From Gammaproteobacteria bacterium (GTDB lineage: Bacteria > Pseudomonadota > Gammaproteobacteria > UBA5861), in NCBI GenBank assembly GCA_022360445.1, contig JAKSCV010000012.1, forward strand, positions 1,364 to 65,363: DNA of 64,000 nucleotides, written 5' to 3'. A program made the position numbers and the translations under genes. The notes beneath the pieces were generated by a model. It did not search any database and was not told the origin of the DNA. It was given only the letters and a program-made list of their open reading frames with translations. Below are positions 30,592 through 40,255 of the stretch, in pieces. How positions within the stretch are numbered: position 1 is the stretch's first letter; each line of letters starts with the position of its first letter.

Positions 30592-31788
30592 GTGAATAAC
30601 TCCGATCCCGCTTTGTTTGGGTCAGCACCACCTAAACCTTCGATTTGGAATGACCCTTTTTACCGTTCTCTTTTCTTTCAATTTTCGGCATTTGTTGTTG
30701 TTGTTTTACTCGGTAAATACCTGTTCGATAACACGACTGAAAATATGGCCAGGCAGGGAATTGCCTCTGGTTTTGGCTTTATGGGCTCGGTGTCGGGTTT
30801 TGATGTTACGTCTAGCCTTGTAAAATACAGCGCAAGCTCAACTTATGGGCAGGCTTTCCTTGTCGGCCTCTTGAATACCCTGTTGGTGTCAGCCGTTTCG
30901 ATTTTTTTAGCAACGATGATCGGTTTTATGGTTGGCATCGCGCGATTATCAAGTAATTGGCTGATTGCCAAGATGGCAACGGTTTATATTGAGGTCCTCC
31001 GTAATATTCCATTGTTACTGCAGATTTTCTTCTGGTATTTCGCTGTTTTAAGACCGCTGCCATCCCCTCGGCAGAGCCTGGATTTGTTCGACATGGTGTT
31101 TGTCAATAACCGTGGGCTATACCTACCGGCACCCGTGTTTGATGATCTTGCGATATGGCTATTGATTGCCGTAGTGGTGGCGATTGCCTTAATCATTTTT
31201 TTAACACGCTGGGCAAAACGTAAGCAAGATGAAACCGGTGAAACTTTTCCGCTTTTTTTAACATCGGTGAGTTTATTGATAGGGTTGCCTTTGTTGGCAT
31301 TGCTAGCTACAGGTTTTCCTGTCCATTGGGAAATGCCCGTACTACAGGGGTTCAACTTTCGTGGCGGCTTAACTTTGATTCCGGAGTTTGTCGCGCTAAC
31401 GCTGGCGCTCTCAACATACACCGCGGCTTTCATTGCCGAAGTTGTGCGTGCTGGTATTCAAGCGGTTCCTAAAGGGCAAACGGAGGCCGCCAACGCACTT
31501 GGACTGCGATCAGGTGTAATACTTCGCCAGGTGGTTATTCCCCAAGCGATGCGTGTGATTGTGCCGCCGCTTACGAATCAGTATTTGAATCTGACCAAAA
31601 ATTCGTCACTTGCGGCTGCGATTGCGTACCCTGATCTCGTGCTGATCTTTGCAGGCACGGTGTTGATGCAGACTGGGCAAGCGGTTGAAATTATTTTTAT
31701 TACGATGGCTGTTTATTTGTTGATTAGTTTGTCGATCGCTTTATTTATGAATTGGTACAACAAACGCATGATGCTGGTTGAGCGATGA
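30592..31788 (+). CDS. aapQ: Amino-acid ABC transporter permease (AapQ-type)
   Basis: 398 aa, polytopic, with an EAA-type loop (VPKGQTEAANALGL). Confidence 0.85.
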   Translation: MNNSDPALFGSAPPKPSIWNDPFYRSLFFQFSAFVVVVLLGKYLFDNTTENMARQGIASGFGFMGSVSGFDVTSSLVKYSASSTYGQAFLVGLLNTLLVSAVSIFLATMIGFMVGIARLSSNWLIAKMATVYIEVLRNIPLLLQIFFWYFAVLRPLPSPRQSLDLFDMVFVNNRGLYLPAPVFDDLAIWLLIAVVVAIALIIFLTRWAKRKQDETGETFPLFLTSVSLLIGLPLLALLATGFPVHWEMPVLQGFNFRGGLTLIPEFVALTLALSTYTAAFIAEVVRAGIQAVPKGQTEAANALGLRSGVILRQVVIPQAMRVIVPPLTNQYLNLTKNSSLAAAIAYPDLVLIFAGTVLMQTGQAVEIIFITMAVYLLISLSIALFMNWYNKRMMLVER

Positions 31789-31798
31789 GGAGTGAATA

Positions 31799-32914
31799 AT
31801 GTCATCTCTTGGTAATAACGCTCAATATCCGGTGGGCGAACACCCCAATTGGGAACCCCCTGTTTCCAATGTAGGCATAATTGGTTGGATGAAACAGAAT
31901 TTGTTTTCATCTCGTCTGAATACCGCTCTAACGTTTCTGGCTATCTATCTGCTCTATACCGTTATTCCACCGGTTGTTCAGTGGGTCATTTTAGATGCTG
32001 ACTGGGTCGGCTCCAGTAAAGCAGACTGTACTGGCGAAGGTGCTTGCTGGGTTTATATTAATGTTTGGTGGAAGCAAATTATGTATGGTCGCTATCCGGA
32101 TGCCGAGTTGTGGCGCGTACAGACGGCCTATGTATTGGGTCTGGTAGGTCTTATTCCCCTCATGATCCCTAACTTCCCAAAGAAAAAGTGGATTTCAGCT
32201 TATCTGCTTTTTCTGTTTCCCTTTATGGCTTATATCTTGTTTTATGGCGGTAATCTGGGGTTAACGTTCGTTGAAACGCCGCTCTGGGGTGGTTTATTTT
32301 TAACACTGGTCATTGCCATAACAGGCATTGTTGCCTCGCTGCCGCTCGGTATTTTGCTGGCTCTCGGTCGGCGTTCGAATATGCCGGTGATTAAAACATT
32401 ATGTATTTTATTCATCGAGTTTTGGCGGGGCGTGCCCCTGATTACCGTCTTGTTTATGGCTTCGGTGATGTTCCCGCTATTTTTGCCACAAGGCGTTAAT
32501 TTTGATCAGCTATTGCGTGCGCTCATCGGAGTTGCGCTGTTTTCAGCCGCTTATATGGCCGAAGTTGTTCGAGGTGGTTTGCAAGCGATTCCTAAAGGCC
32601 AGTATGAAGCGGCTCAGGCGCTAGGTTTGAGTTACTGGAAAACAACGTTTTTCATCATCATGCCACAGGCTCTGAAGCTCGTGATTCCAGGTATCGTAAA
32701 CGTCTTTATTGCGTTGTTTAAAGATACCACGCTGGTTTCGATCATTGGTTTGTTTGATTTCCTGGGCATGATCCAGCTGGTCAACACGAATCCTGATTGG
32801 CTTTCATTCGCTATTGAAGGCTATGTGTTTGCGGCAGTTATTTTTTGGTTTTTTTGTTTCGGCATGTCGCGTTACAGCCAACACCTGGAAAAGAAACTGC
32901 ACACTGGGCATTAA
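31799..32914 (+). CDS. aapM: Amino-acid ABC transporter permease (AapM-type)
   Basis: 371 aa, polytopic, with the loop [17 protein letters not shown]. Confidence 0.85.
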   Translation: MSSLGNNAQYPVGEHPNWEPPVSNVGIIGWMKQNLFSSRLNTALTFLAIYLLYTVIPPVVQWVILDADWVGSSKADCTGEGACWVYINVWWKQIMYGRYPDAELWRVQTAYVLGLVGLIPLMIPNFPKKKWISAYLLFLFPFMAYILFYGGNLGLTFVETPLWGGLFLTLVIAITGIVASLPLGILLALGRRSNMPVIKTLCILFIEFWRGVPLITVLFMASVMFPLFLPQGVNFDQLLRALIGVALFSAAYMAEVVRGGLQAIPKGQYEAAQALGLSYWKTTFFIIMPQALKLVIPGIVNVFIALFKDTTLVSIIGLFDFLGMIQLVNTNPDWLSFAIEGYVFAAVIFWFFCFGMSRYSQHLEKKLHTGH

Positions 32915-32940
32915 CTTACTTTTTTGAAGAAGACGGATTA

Positions 32941-33708
32941 ATGAAAACTGAGAACAGCCAACACGATACAGATGATGCCATAATTGAAATCATGGGAATG
33001 CATAAGTGGTATGGGCCTTTTCATGTATTAAAAGATATTAATCTAACTGTCCGAAAGGGTGAACGGATTGTTATTTGTGGCCCTTCTGGCTCAGGCAAAT
33101 CAACCATGATTCGCTGTATTAACCGTCTTGAAGAACACCAGAAAGGACAGATCCTTGTCGAAGGTACAGAGCTGACAAGTGATCTTAAAAATATCGAGCG
33201 GATTCGGCGTGAAGTTGGTATGGTTTTCCAACACTTTAATTTATTCCCTCATTTATCCGTGGTGGACAATCTAACGCTGGCACCTATTTGGGTGCGTAAA
33301 ATGCCCAAGAAAGAAGCCATTGACAAAGCAATGTATTATCTTGAGCGCGTTAAAATCCCCGAGCAGGCCAAAAAATACCCAGGACAGCTTTCTGGCGGGC
33401 AGCAACAGCGTGTTGCCATCGCACGGTCTTTGTGCATGAGTCCTAAAGTGATGTTGTTTGATGAGCCCACGTCAGCATTAGACCCTGAAATGATCAAAGA
33501 AGTACTCGATGTCATGGTCGAACTGGCAGAAGAGGGCATGACCATGCTGTGTGTCACGCATGAGATGGGCTTTGCTAAAACTGTTGCTGATTGCGTGGTT
33601 TTTATGGACGGTGGGCAGATCATTGAACGCAATGATCCTGAAACATTCTTTAATCACCCCCAGCATGAGCGCACGAAACTCTTCCTTTCCCAGGTTTTAC
33701 AACATTAG
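32941..33708 (+). CDS. aapP: Amino-acid ABC transporter ATP-binding protein (AapP-type)
   Basis: Walker [10 protein letters not shown], signature [13 protein letters not shown], Walker [12 protein letters not shown]. The ORF-track start at 32845 overlaps aapM by 70 nt, so I prefer ATG 32941 (MKTENSQ...). Confidence 0.9.
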   Translation: MKTENSQHDTDDAIIEIMGMHKWYGPFHVLKDINLTVRKGERIVICGPSGSGKSTMIRCINRLEEHQKGQILVEGTELTSDLKNIERIRREVGMVFQHFNLFPHLSVVDNLTLAPIWVRKMPKKEAIDKAMYYLERVKIPEQAKKYPGQLSGGQQQRVAIARSLCMSPKVMLFDEPTSALDPEMIKEVLDVMVELAEEGMTMLCVTHEMGFAKTVADCVVFMDGGQIIERNDPETFFNHPQHERTKLFLSQVLQH

Positions 33709-33974
33709 CTGTGAAAGTCGCTATCGCCGATTCTTTTTTGAGTTGTTCAAACTTGTCTTGCAGTCCAGCTGGAATAAGGCCCTTATTGAGCAGTTGACTC
33801 CTTATTAAGGGTCACGTTTCTATACTCTGCACCGGTGCTAAGGGTCTGCAACTGTATCTGTCATTCATGGTAGACACCTGTACACTTGGCTTTATGAATC
33901 CGTGTTTCCGGCTCAGTGGTTTTGACTAAAGGCTGAAGTGGTATCCACGCTCAGCAAGAAAGGTTACAAAAGTC

Positions 33975-34475
33975 ATGTTTTTCGATATCCGTGAATATGC
34001 CTTGGTGATGGCGCAGTATAACCAATGGATGAATATGAACATTTTTCGAGCGGCAGCTCTGCTGGATGATCAGCAGCGCAAAAGCGACTGTGGACTGTTT
34101 TTTCGCTCTATTCACGAAACCTTAGGGCACCTGCTGTTAAGTGACCGTATGTGGTTGCAACGGTTTACAGGGCAACAGGAGGTTAGAGTCGATAACGTGG
34201 ACGATGCTCATTTTGAGGCCCAAAAAACCAAACGATTTGCGCTTGATTGTGAAATTTTATCCTGGGCCGACTCGTTACGTGTGCCAGATAATCGAAAGAA
34301 ATTACATTATCTAAGCACGGTGACGCATGCGGTAGAAAGGGTAGACTTGAACTACGCAATTCTGCACTTTTTCAATCACCAAACACACCATCGAGGACAG
34401 GTGACAGCTGCACTTTCTCAGCAGGACGTCGACTTTGGAATCACAGACCTTATTTTTATGCCGCTATGTGCATGA
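33975..34475 (+). CDS. DinB-family (damage-inducible, four-helix-bundle metalloprotein) protein
   Basis: 166 aa with His residues spaced as in DinB (HETLGHLL...; HFFNHQTHHRGQ). Confidence 0.8.
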   Translation: MFFDIREYALVMAQYNQWMNMNIFRAAALLDDQQRKSDCGLFFRSIHETLGHLLLSDRMWLQRFTGQQEVRVDNVDDAHFEAQKTKRFALDCEILSWADSLRVPDNRKKLHYLSTVTHAVERVDLNYAILHFFNHQTHHRGQVTAALSQQDVDFGITDLIFMPLCA

Positions 34476-34564
34476 GCTGAAGCACAGCTTGTTACAAAAA
34501 CACGCGAAAGATGGTTATTATACCAACTGCTTCTGGAGGGATTTTAAAAAATGGAGAGACATCA

Positions 34565-34996
34565 ATGACGCCCCCTGCCCCTGACCCAGACTATGAACAG
34601 AAAACCCGGGAAAGTTTTAATCGTCAGGCCGTTATGCAGACAATTGGAGCGACTTTGGAAAGTATTAAACCGGGAGGTGTCACGATTGAGCTGCCGTTTA
34701 ATGCACAATACACTCAGCAAAATGACTTCATGCACGCGGGTATTATCTCCACAGTATTGGATAGTGCCTGCGGTTATGCCGCTTTTACCTTAATGCCGGC
34801 AGGTGCGGATGTATTGACAGTCGAGTTTAAAGTCAATTTACTCCGCCCTGCCAAAGGAAAATTTTTTACCGCCAAGGCTCGTGTCGTTAAAGCCGGGCTC
34901 TCTATTTCTGTAACAGAAGCCAGTTTGTTTTCTTCAGACTACGGAGAAAAAGAAGTCGCGACAATGTCGGCAACAATGATGGCGATTTATGCTTAA
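34565..34996 (+). CDS. PaaI-family hotdog-fold thioesterase
   Basis: Contains GGVTIELPF...Q.NDFMHAGIISTVLDSACGYAA, typical of PaaI/YdiI thioesterases. ATG 34565 has GGAGAG 7 nt upstream. Confidence 0.8.
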   Translation: MTPPAPDPDYEQKTRESFNRQAVMQTIGATLESIKPGGVTIELPFNAQYTQQNDFMHAGIISTVLDSACGYAAFTLMPAGADVLTVEFKVNLLRPAKGKFFTAKARVVKAGLSISVTEASLFSSDYGEKEVATMSATMMAIYA

Positions 34997-35215
34997 TACC
35001 TTCGTTTGATTGCGACTTCCAACAACGCACTATATTCTGTACAAGCTTTAAAGATGGATGAGCGCTAACTTAGGATAGCACTCGGCGATCATAGTATTTG
35101 TGTTTGTTTTCATATTCATCTCGTAAACTGCCATACCCTTAGTTACAAAGAGATACCACAAGCTTGAATAGAACTCGTGTCACAGTAATAATTGAAAGAG
35201 TTTAAAGTTAAGTCA

Positions 35216-36478
35216 ATGCAATTCAGTAAATTTGGCGAGAAGCTGGCAGGGAATACCGGTATTTTTCAGCTGATGGACGATTTTTCGGCATCGCTCAACA
35301 GTGAACAGCCCATGCAAATGCTTGGCGGAGGCAACCCGAGCCACATTCCCGAAGTTCTGGAATGCTTTCGACAAGCATTGCTGGCTTTGATCAATGATCC
35401 CCATAGATTTGCAGCCTTTTTAGGAAACTACGATGCCCCTCAAGGTAACTTTGAGTTTATCTCAGCGCTTGCGACGATGTTGCGGGACCAGTGCGGGTGG
35501 GATGTCACAGAAGAGAACATCACGCTGACCAATGGTAGCCAGAATGCCTTTTTCTTTTTGTTTAATTTACTGGCAGGAGAAATGCCGGACGGCCAGCATA
35601 AAAAAATACTCTTGCCGTTGACGCCCGAGTATATTGGATATACAGATGTCGGTTTGTCAGAGAACCTGTTCGCCACAGAGAAACCTGTGCTCGAAATGAT
35701 AGACCGGCGCACCTTCAAATACGGAATTAACTTCGACAAATTGAACGTCACCGGTGACATTGGCGCGATTTGTGTGTCACGCCCGACCAACCCAACAGGC
35801 AATGTGCTGACAGATGATGAGATCGCTCACTTGGATCGTTTGGCGAAAATACACAACATACCGCTGATTATTGATAATGCTTATGGCACACCGTTTCCAA
35901 AGATCATTTCTACCGATATCCAACCCCATTGGAATAAAAATACAATCACCTGCATGAGTTTGTCGAAACTGGGCCTTCCAGCGGCGCGAACAGGCATTAT
36001 CATTGCGGACAAACCGATAGTGAAAGCCATATCAGCCATGTCTGCTATTGTGAATTTATCGCCGGGTGGGCTGGGAGCATCATTGGCGACAGAGATGGTC
36101 CGCACCGGTGAGATATTGGCTATCAGTAACCAAATGGTAAAACCGTACTATGCCCAAAAAGCGGAACAAGCCATGCAATGGTTTGATGAGGCCATGGGCG
36201 ATACAGAGGGTTACATTCATAAGCCCGAAGGTGCTATTTTTCTTTGGCTATGGTTTAAAGGGCTTCCAATCAGTTCACAGGAGTTGTACGAACGGTTGAA
36301 ACGGCGGGGGACGCTGGTTTGTCCTGGCCACTACTTTTTTCCCGGTATCAATGAAGATTGGCAGCATAAACATGAGTGCATAAGAATCACTTACTCGCAG
36401 TCTAATGACGATGTGCGTACAGGTATTGGTAAGATTGCTGAAGAGGTTAAACGTGCTTATCGAGAGGCAAAGGAATGA
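35216..36478 (+). CDS. avtA: Valine--pyruvate aminotransferase (AvtA)
   Basis: Aligns by eye with E. coli AvtA from residue 1 (MQFSKFGEKL versus MTFSLFGDKF). Shared blocks include LGGGNP, ALTNGSQNAFF, CVSRPTNPTGNV, SLSKLGLP and HKPEGAIFLWLWFK. Confidence 0.9.
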   Translation: MQFSKFGEKLAGNTGIFQLMDDFSASLNSEQPMQMLGGGNPSHIPEVLECFRQALLALINDPHRFAAFLGNYDAPQGNFEFISALATMLRDQCGWDVTEENITLTNGSQNAFFFLFNLLAGEMPDGQHKKILLPLTPEYIGYTDVGLSENLFATEKPVLEMIDRRTFKYGINFDKLNVTGDIGAICVSRPTNPTGNVLTDDEIAHLDRLAKIHNIPLIIDNAYGTPFPKIISTDIQPHWNKNTITCMSLSKLGLPAARTGIIIADKPIVKAISAMSAIVNLSPGGLGASLATEMVRTGEILAISNQMVKPYYAQKAEQAMQWFDEAMGDTEGYIHKPEGAIFLWLWFKGLPISSQELYERLKRRGTLVCPGHYFFPGINEDWQHKHECIRITYSQSNDDVRTGIGKIAEEVKRAYREAKE

Positions 36479-36930
36479 ACAGTTTAGTCCGCCATGCAAC
36501 GAAAGAAGATCTTTCGACAATTGCTGATTTTAATGTCGCCATGGCATTGGAGACTGAAAATAAGGTTTTAGATGTGGCCACTGTTTTTCAAGGTGCCGGT
36601 AATCTGTTTTCTCACCCTGAGCTAGGCTTTTATATCGTAGCTGAATCTGAAGGAGAGCTAGCCGCGTGCCTGATGGTGACATTTGAATGGAGCGACTGGC
36701 GCAACGGCTTGTTCTGGTGGATACAAAGCGTTTATGTTGCACTACCTCACCGTTGCAAAGGGCTCTACAGAAAAATGTATACCCACATTAAAGAATTGGC
36801 AAAAGAAAAAAGAGATGTCCTCGGTGTTCGACTTTATGTGGATAAGCAGAATGTGCATGCACAAACAACGTACCAGACCTTGGGGATGCGTGAAACAGAC
36901 TACCTTCTATTTGAAGAAATGTTGAAATAG
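36475..36930 (+). CDS. GNAT-family N-acetyltransferase
   Basis: 151 aa with the motif-A-like segment RCKGLYRKMYTHI. Its start overlaps the avtA stop by 4 nt. Confidence 0.75.
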   Translation: MNSLVRHATKEDLSTIADFNVAMALETENKVLDVATVFQGAGNLFSHPELGFYIVAESEGELAACLMVTFEWSDWRNGLFWWIQSVYVALPHRCKGLYRKMYTHIKELAKEKRDVLGVRLYVDKQNVHAQTTYQTLGMRETDYLLFEEMLK

Positions 36931-36951
36931 TCGAAACTGAAAGAGAGGTGA

Positions 36952-36978
36952 GGAGGCACCGAATAAAGCGGCGCCTCC
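36952..36978. terminator. Hairpin between convergent genes (GNAT on the plus strand, binding protein on the minus strand)
   Basis: GGAGGCACCG-AATAAAG-CGGCGCCTCC: a 10-bp stem with one mismatch and no clear U-tract. Confidence 0.4.
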
Positions 36979-36997
36979 ACCAATAGGGCGAACAGGG

Positions 36998-38200
36998 TTA
37001 GCGCTTGCCCCAAACCAAGCTGGGCTCATGCCAGTCGGTAATCGGGGTAAACTGTTTGTTGGCCGCATCCGCCGTGAAAATGCGATAGTAATGTGTACCT
37101 TTTCGCATGTTTTTGCCGTAGCGAATGGGACCTGTGCCGCCTGTATCAAAGTCTTGTAATGCTTCCATTGCGTCAATCACTTTTTCTCGCGTGAGGTCCG
37201 GGCCAACATTCTGCAAAACTTGGGTGAAATGAGCCAGCGGTGTCCACAGCATGGGAAGCAGAGGGGAATTCAATAGTGCTTCTGCGCCAATGGCTGTGAA
37301 GCGTTTTTCCAACTCTTTCCAGCCGGGCACGCCTTCATTGCGGACGGCATGATTAAAGATGTGGTAGTGACCGTCTGCTAATTCGCCGGCGATGAAAGAG
37401 CGTGGATCAACGGTGACGTAACCACCGATAATCACAGGGTTATAGCCAATTTTATTCGCTTCTTTTAAGAAGCTGGCATAAGTCGTTGCATAACTGGAGA
37501 CGTACAAATGCGTTACCCGTTTGGCTTTTAATTTAAGAACTTGAGCACTTAAGTTTTTAGTCCCTCGTTTGAAAGGGCTGTAAACAGGCTTGAGATTGTA
37601 CTTTTTAGCCGCCAGCTCGATGCCTTTGCGGCCGTCTTTACCCCATTCGTCGTCTTGATACAAAATACCCAGTTTTAACTTTTCAGGTTTCAAAGTATTC
37701 ATAATAAAGTCAGTCGCAAGAATGCCTTCATCCTGTGCGCTGGAGGTATACCAAAAGAGGTAACGGTTAGGTGGGTCAAACATCGATTGAGTGGATGCTG
37801 CAGTTGAAATGATAGGAACCTTATCTTTTTCCAGCTCACCTTTGATCGCGGTCAGAGGGCTCGATCCGTAGGTGGCAATGAGCGCAAATACTTTGTCTTG
37901 ATTGACGAGTTTGTTGTAAACCGTTTTGGTTAGAACAGGGTCATATTTGTTGTCTTCGATAACGACTTCAATTTTCCGGCCATGGATCCCCCCCATTTCT
38001 TCATTCACCATGTGAGTCCAGACTTTAATAATGCCTGTAACAAATTTACCAATATACGCGGCTGGTCCTGAAAGGTCCTGGAAGGTACCAAGGACAATTT
38101 TGTCATCAGTCACTCCGACTTCGGCCTGGGCAGAGCCCAGTGGAAAGATGAGCAATGCACAAGTAAGTGCAAGGCCGAGTTTTCTAAACGTATTAAGCAT
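36998..38200 (-). CDS. Periplasmic substrate-binding protein of a HAAT/Liv-type ABC transporter
   Basis: Signal peptide MLNTFRKLGLALTCALLIFPLGSAQA, followed by a type-I PBP fold. ATG 38200 has GGAGG 8 nt upstream; the ORF-track start is 38236. Confidence 0.85.
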   Translation of the reverse strand: MLNTFRKLGLALTCALLIFPLGSAQAEVGVTDDKIVLGTFQDLSGPAAYIGKFVTGIIKVWTHMVNEEMGGIHGRKIEVVIEDNKYDPVLTKTVYNKLVNQDKVFALIATYGSSPLTAIKGELEKDKVPIISTAASTQSMFDPPNRYLFWYTSSAQDEGILATDFIMNTLKPEKLKLGILYQDDEWGKDGRKGIELAAKKYNLKPVYSPFKRGTKNLSAQVLKLKAKRVTHLYVSSYATTYASFLKEANKIGYNPVIIGGYVTVDPRSFIAGELADGHYHIFNHAVRNEGVPGWKELEKRFTAIGAEALLNSPLLPMLWTPLAHFTQVLQNVGPDLTREKVIDAMEALQDFDTGGTGPIRYGKNMRKGTHYYRIFTADAANKQFTPITDWHEPSLVWGKR

Positions 38201-38272
38201 TATGCTTCCTCCAAATGTTAACCAATGATGTTGCATTGGCCAGTTAGGGTTACCTTATGTATGTCATCTTAA

Positions 38273-39319
38273 CTAATAAGTGTAGGGCCACGTTAACCAA
38301 TAGCGTTTGATTCTAAACCAAATACCGACGAGCCCTTTGGGCTCAAAGAGTAAAAAGAAAATCAAAATCAAGCCATAAATCGTGACAGAAATACCCCCGA
38401 CTCGTGGAGCAAGCAAGGGGTAAGCCGATGAAATCGGACCACTGATGGCACTGATAAACTCGGGCAGCAAAACCATAAAAATGGCGCCGATAATTGCACC
38501 CATGACAGTCCCCATACCACCTACGATGATCATAGCCACGTAAAGAATGGATTGATTCAACGTAAAATGATCAGGACTGATTAAGCCCAGTAAATAGGCA
38601 TACAAAGCTCCGGCGATACCGGCCGTAAAAGAGCTGATAATGAATGCGATGATTTTATATTTGGCAACATGAACACCGATCATTTCTGCGGCGATATCAC
38701 GGTCTCTTACTGCAACCAGCGCCCGACCTGTACGGCTCATGGCAAGGTTTTTCATCAATATTGCGGCGATAACCGCCAGGGCAATCACAACGTAGTAATA
38801 CCCCATGTACTTATCGAGGGTAAACCCAAACAGATCGGGGTCGGGTAGGTTAATCCCCCGGTCTCCGGCTGTGACATCTTCCCAATGATAAACGATGTGT
38901 TCGACGATAAATTGAAAAGCAAGTGTTGTGACCAGCAAATACATGCCTTTTAAGCGCAGCGTTGGAATGCCAACAACCGCACCAAGCAGAGCGGCGAAAA
39001 TGCCAGCGGCGGGTAGCGTAATCAGAAAGGGAAGCTGATACTGGGTCGAAAGAATGGCTGCAGTATATGCGCCCACCCCTAAAAAAGCCGCGTGCCCCAG
39101 TGAAATGAGCCCGGCGTAGCCTGTGAGTACATTTAATCCCAATGCCCCGATCACCGATACGGCTGCGACACTGGCGATAAAAATGATGTATTTGCCGGCT
39201 ACCCAAGGTAAGGCAATCAGAGCAATAGCCAGTAATAAAAGCCCTATTTTGGCCGAGGTACTTGGGAAAATACGGGAATCCTGCTCATAAGAGCGAACAC
39301 AGAAACGGGTGACAGCCAT
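38273..39319 (-). CDS. HAAT-family ABC permease (LivM-like)
   Basis: 348 aa, polytopic, with the LivM-type segment GYAGLISLGHAAFLGVGAY. Confidence 0.88.
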   Translation of the reverse strand: MAVTRFCVRSYEQDSRIFPSTSAKIGLLLLAIALIALPWVAGKYIIFIASVAAVSVIGALGLNVLTGYAGLISLGHAAFLGVGAYTAAILSTQYQLPFLITLPAAGIFAALLGAVVGIPTLRLKGMYLLVTTLAFQFIVEHIVYHWEDVTAGDRGINLPDPDLFGFTLDKYMGYYYVVIALAVIAAILMKNLAMSRTGRALVAVRDRDIAAEMIGVHVAKYKIIAFIISSFTAGIAGALYAYLLGLISPDHFTLNQSILYVAMIIVGGMGTVMGAIIGAIFMVLLPEFISAISGPISSAYPLLAPRVGGISVTIYGLILIFFLLFEPKGLVGIWFRIKRYWLTWPYTY

Positions 39320-39364
39320 TACACTTTCCCCCCGTATTGAAGTTTATTCTGAGAAAACGTTGGA

Positions 39365-40255
39365 TTAAACACGTTCAATTTCCTTACTACCAAAGAGCCC
39401 ATAAGGGCGAATCATCATGACCACTAATACCACGACATAAGCGGTAATTTCATTGATACCGCTGCCGAGGTAGTCTTCCAGATAAAAGCCTGCGAGGTTT
39501 TCCATAACACCGATCAGTAAGCCGCCAATAATGGCTCCATGCACACTGTCCATGCCGCCCAAGATAATGGCCGGCAAGGCTTTTAAGGCCAGAAAGTTCA
39601 TTTTGGGGTCGACGAACGTAAAGCTGGCCAGGAAGGTGCCTGCGATGGCTGCGATCAGCCCGGCGATTACCCAGGAGCCGGTAAAAACCCGTTTAACATT
39701 AATTCCCATTAAGAATGCTGCGGTCGTGTCTTCGGCCGTGGCGCGGAGCGTGATGCCGGAGCTTGAAAATTTGAAGAACAGGAAAAAGACGACCAGCAGG
39801 ATAGCCGTACAAATAATGGTGTAGAGCTCTGCCTGACTGATGACCACTTCGCCGAAAAGGATGGGGTCCGTGGGGAAAGGCGATGGGTATTCAAATTCTT
39901 CATAGCCCCATGTCATGCCAACAAATCCTTGTATGACATAAGCCAGGCCGATCGTAATCATCACAATGGATAGCATTGGCTCCCCAACCAAGGGACGCAC
40001 GACCAGCATTTCCATCAGTGCAGTTAACACGGCCATGATCAGCATGGTTAGGACAAAGCCTAAGAAAAACGGCAGATGGAAGACAGACACAAGCGTAAAG
40101 CCAATGTACGCGCCCAGCATCATGATTTCTGGCTGAGCAAAATTAAACGTGTCGGTTGCTTTAAAAATGAGCACGAAGCTCAAGGCAACCAGGGCATATA
40201 CGCTCCCCCATGCCAGGCCGGTGAGCGTGAGTTGCAAAAAAATCTGGTAATCCAT
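39365..40255 (-). CDS. HAAT-family ABC permease (LivH-like)
   Basis: 296 aa, polytopic, starting MDYQIFLQLTLTGLAWGSVYALVAL..., typical of LivH. Confidence 0.88.
   Translation of the reverse strand: MDYQIFLQLTLTGLAWGSVYALVALSFVLIFKATDTFNFAQPEIMMLGAYIGFTLVSVFHLPFFLGFVLTMLIMAVLTALMEMLVVRPLVGEPMLSIVMITIGLAYVIQGFVGMTWGYEEFEYPSPFPTDPILFGEVVISQAELYTIICTAILLVVFFLFFKFSSSGITLRATAEDTTAAFLMGINVKRVFTGSWVIAGLIAAIAGTFLASFTFVDPKMNFLALKALPAIILGGMDSVHGAIIGGLLIGVMENLAGFYLEDYLGSGINEITAYVVVLVVMMIRPYGLFGSKEIERV

Noticed and set aside
32845-32940. Long N-terminal extensions in the ORF track for aapP (32845), phnE (45496), yjgA (50003), the SDR (52503) and the PaaI thioesterase (34511)
   Set aside because: These extensions overlap the preceding genes in other frames and add non-homologous residues. 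Internal starts with better RBS or homology support were used instead.
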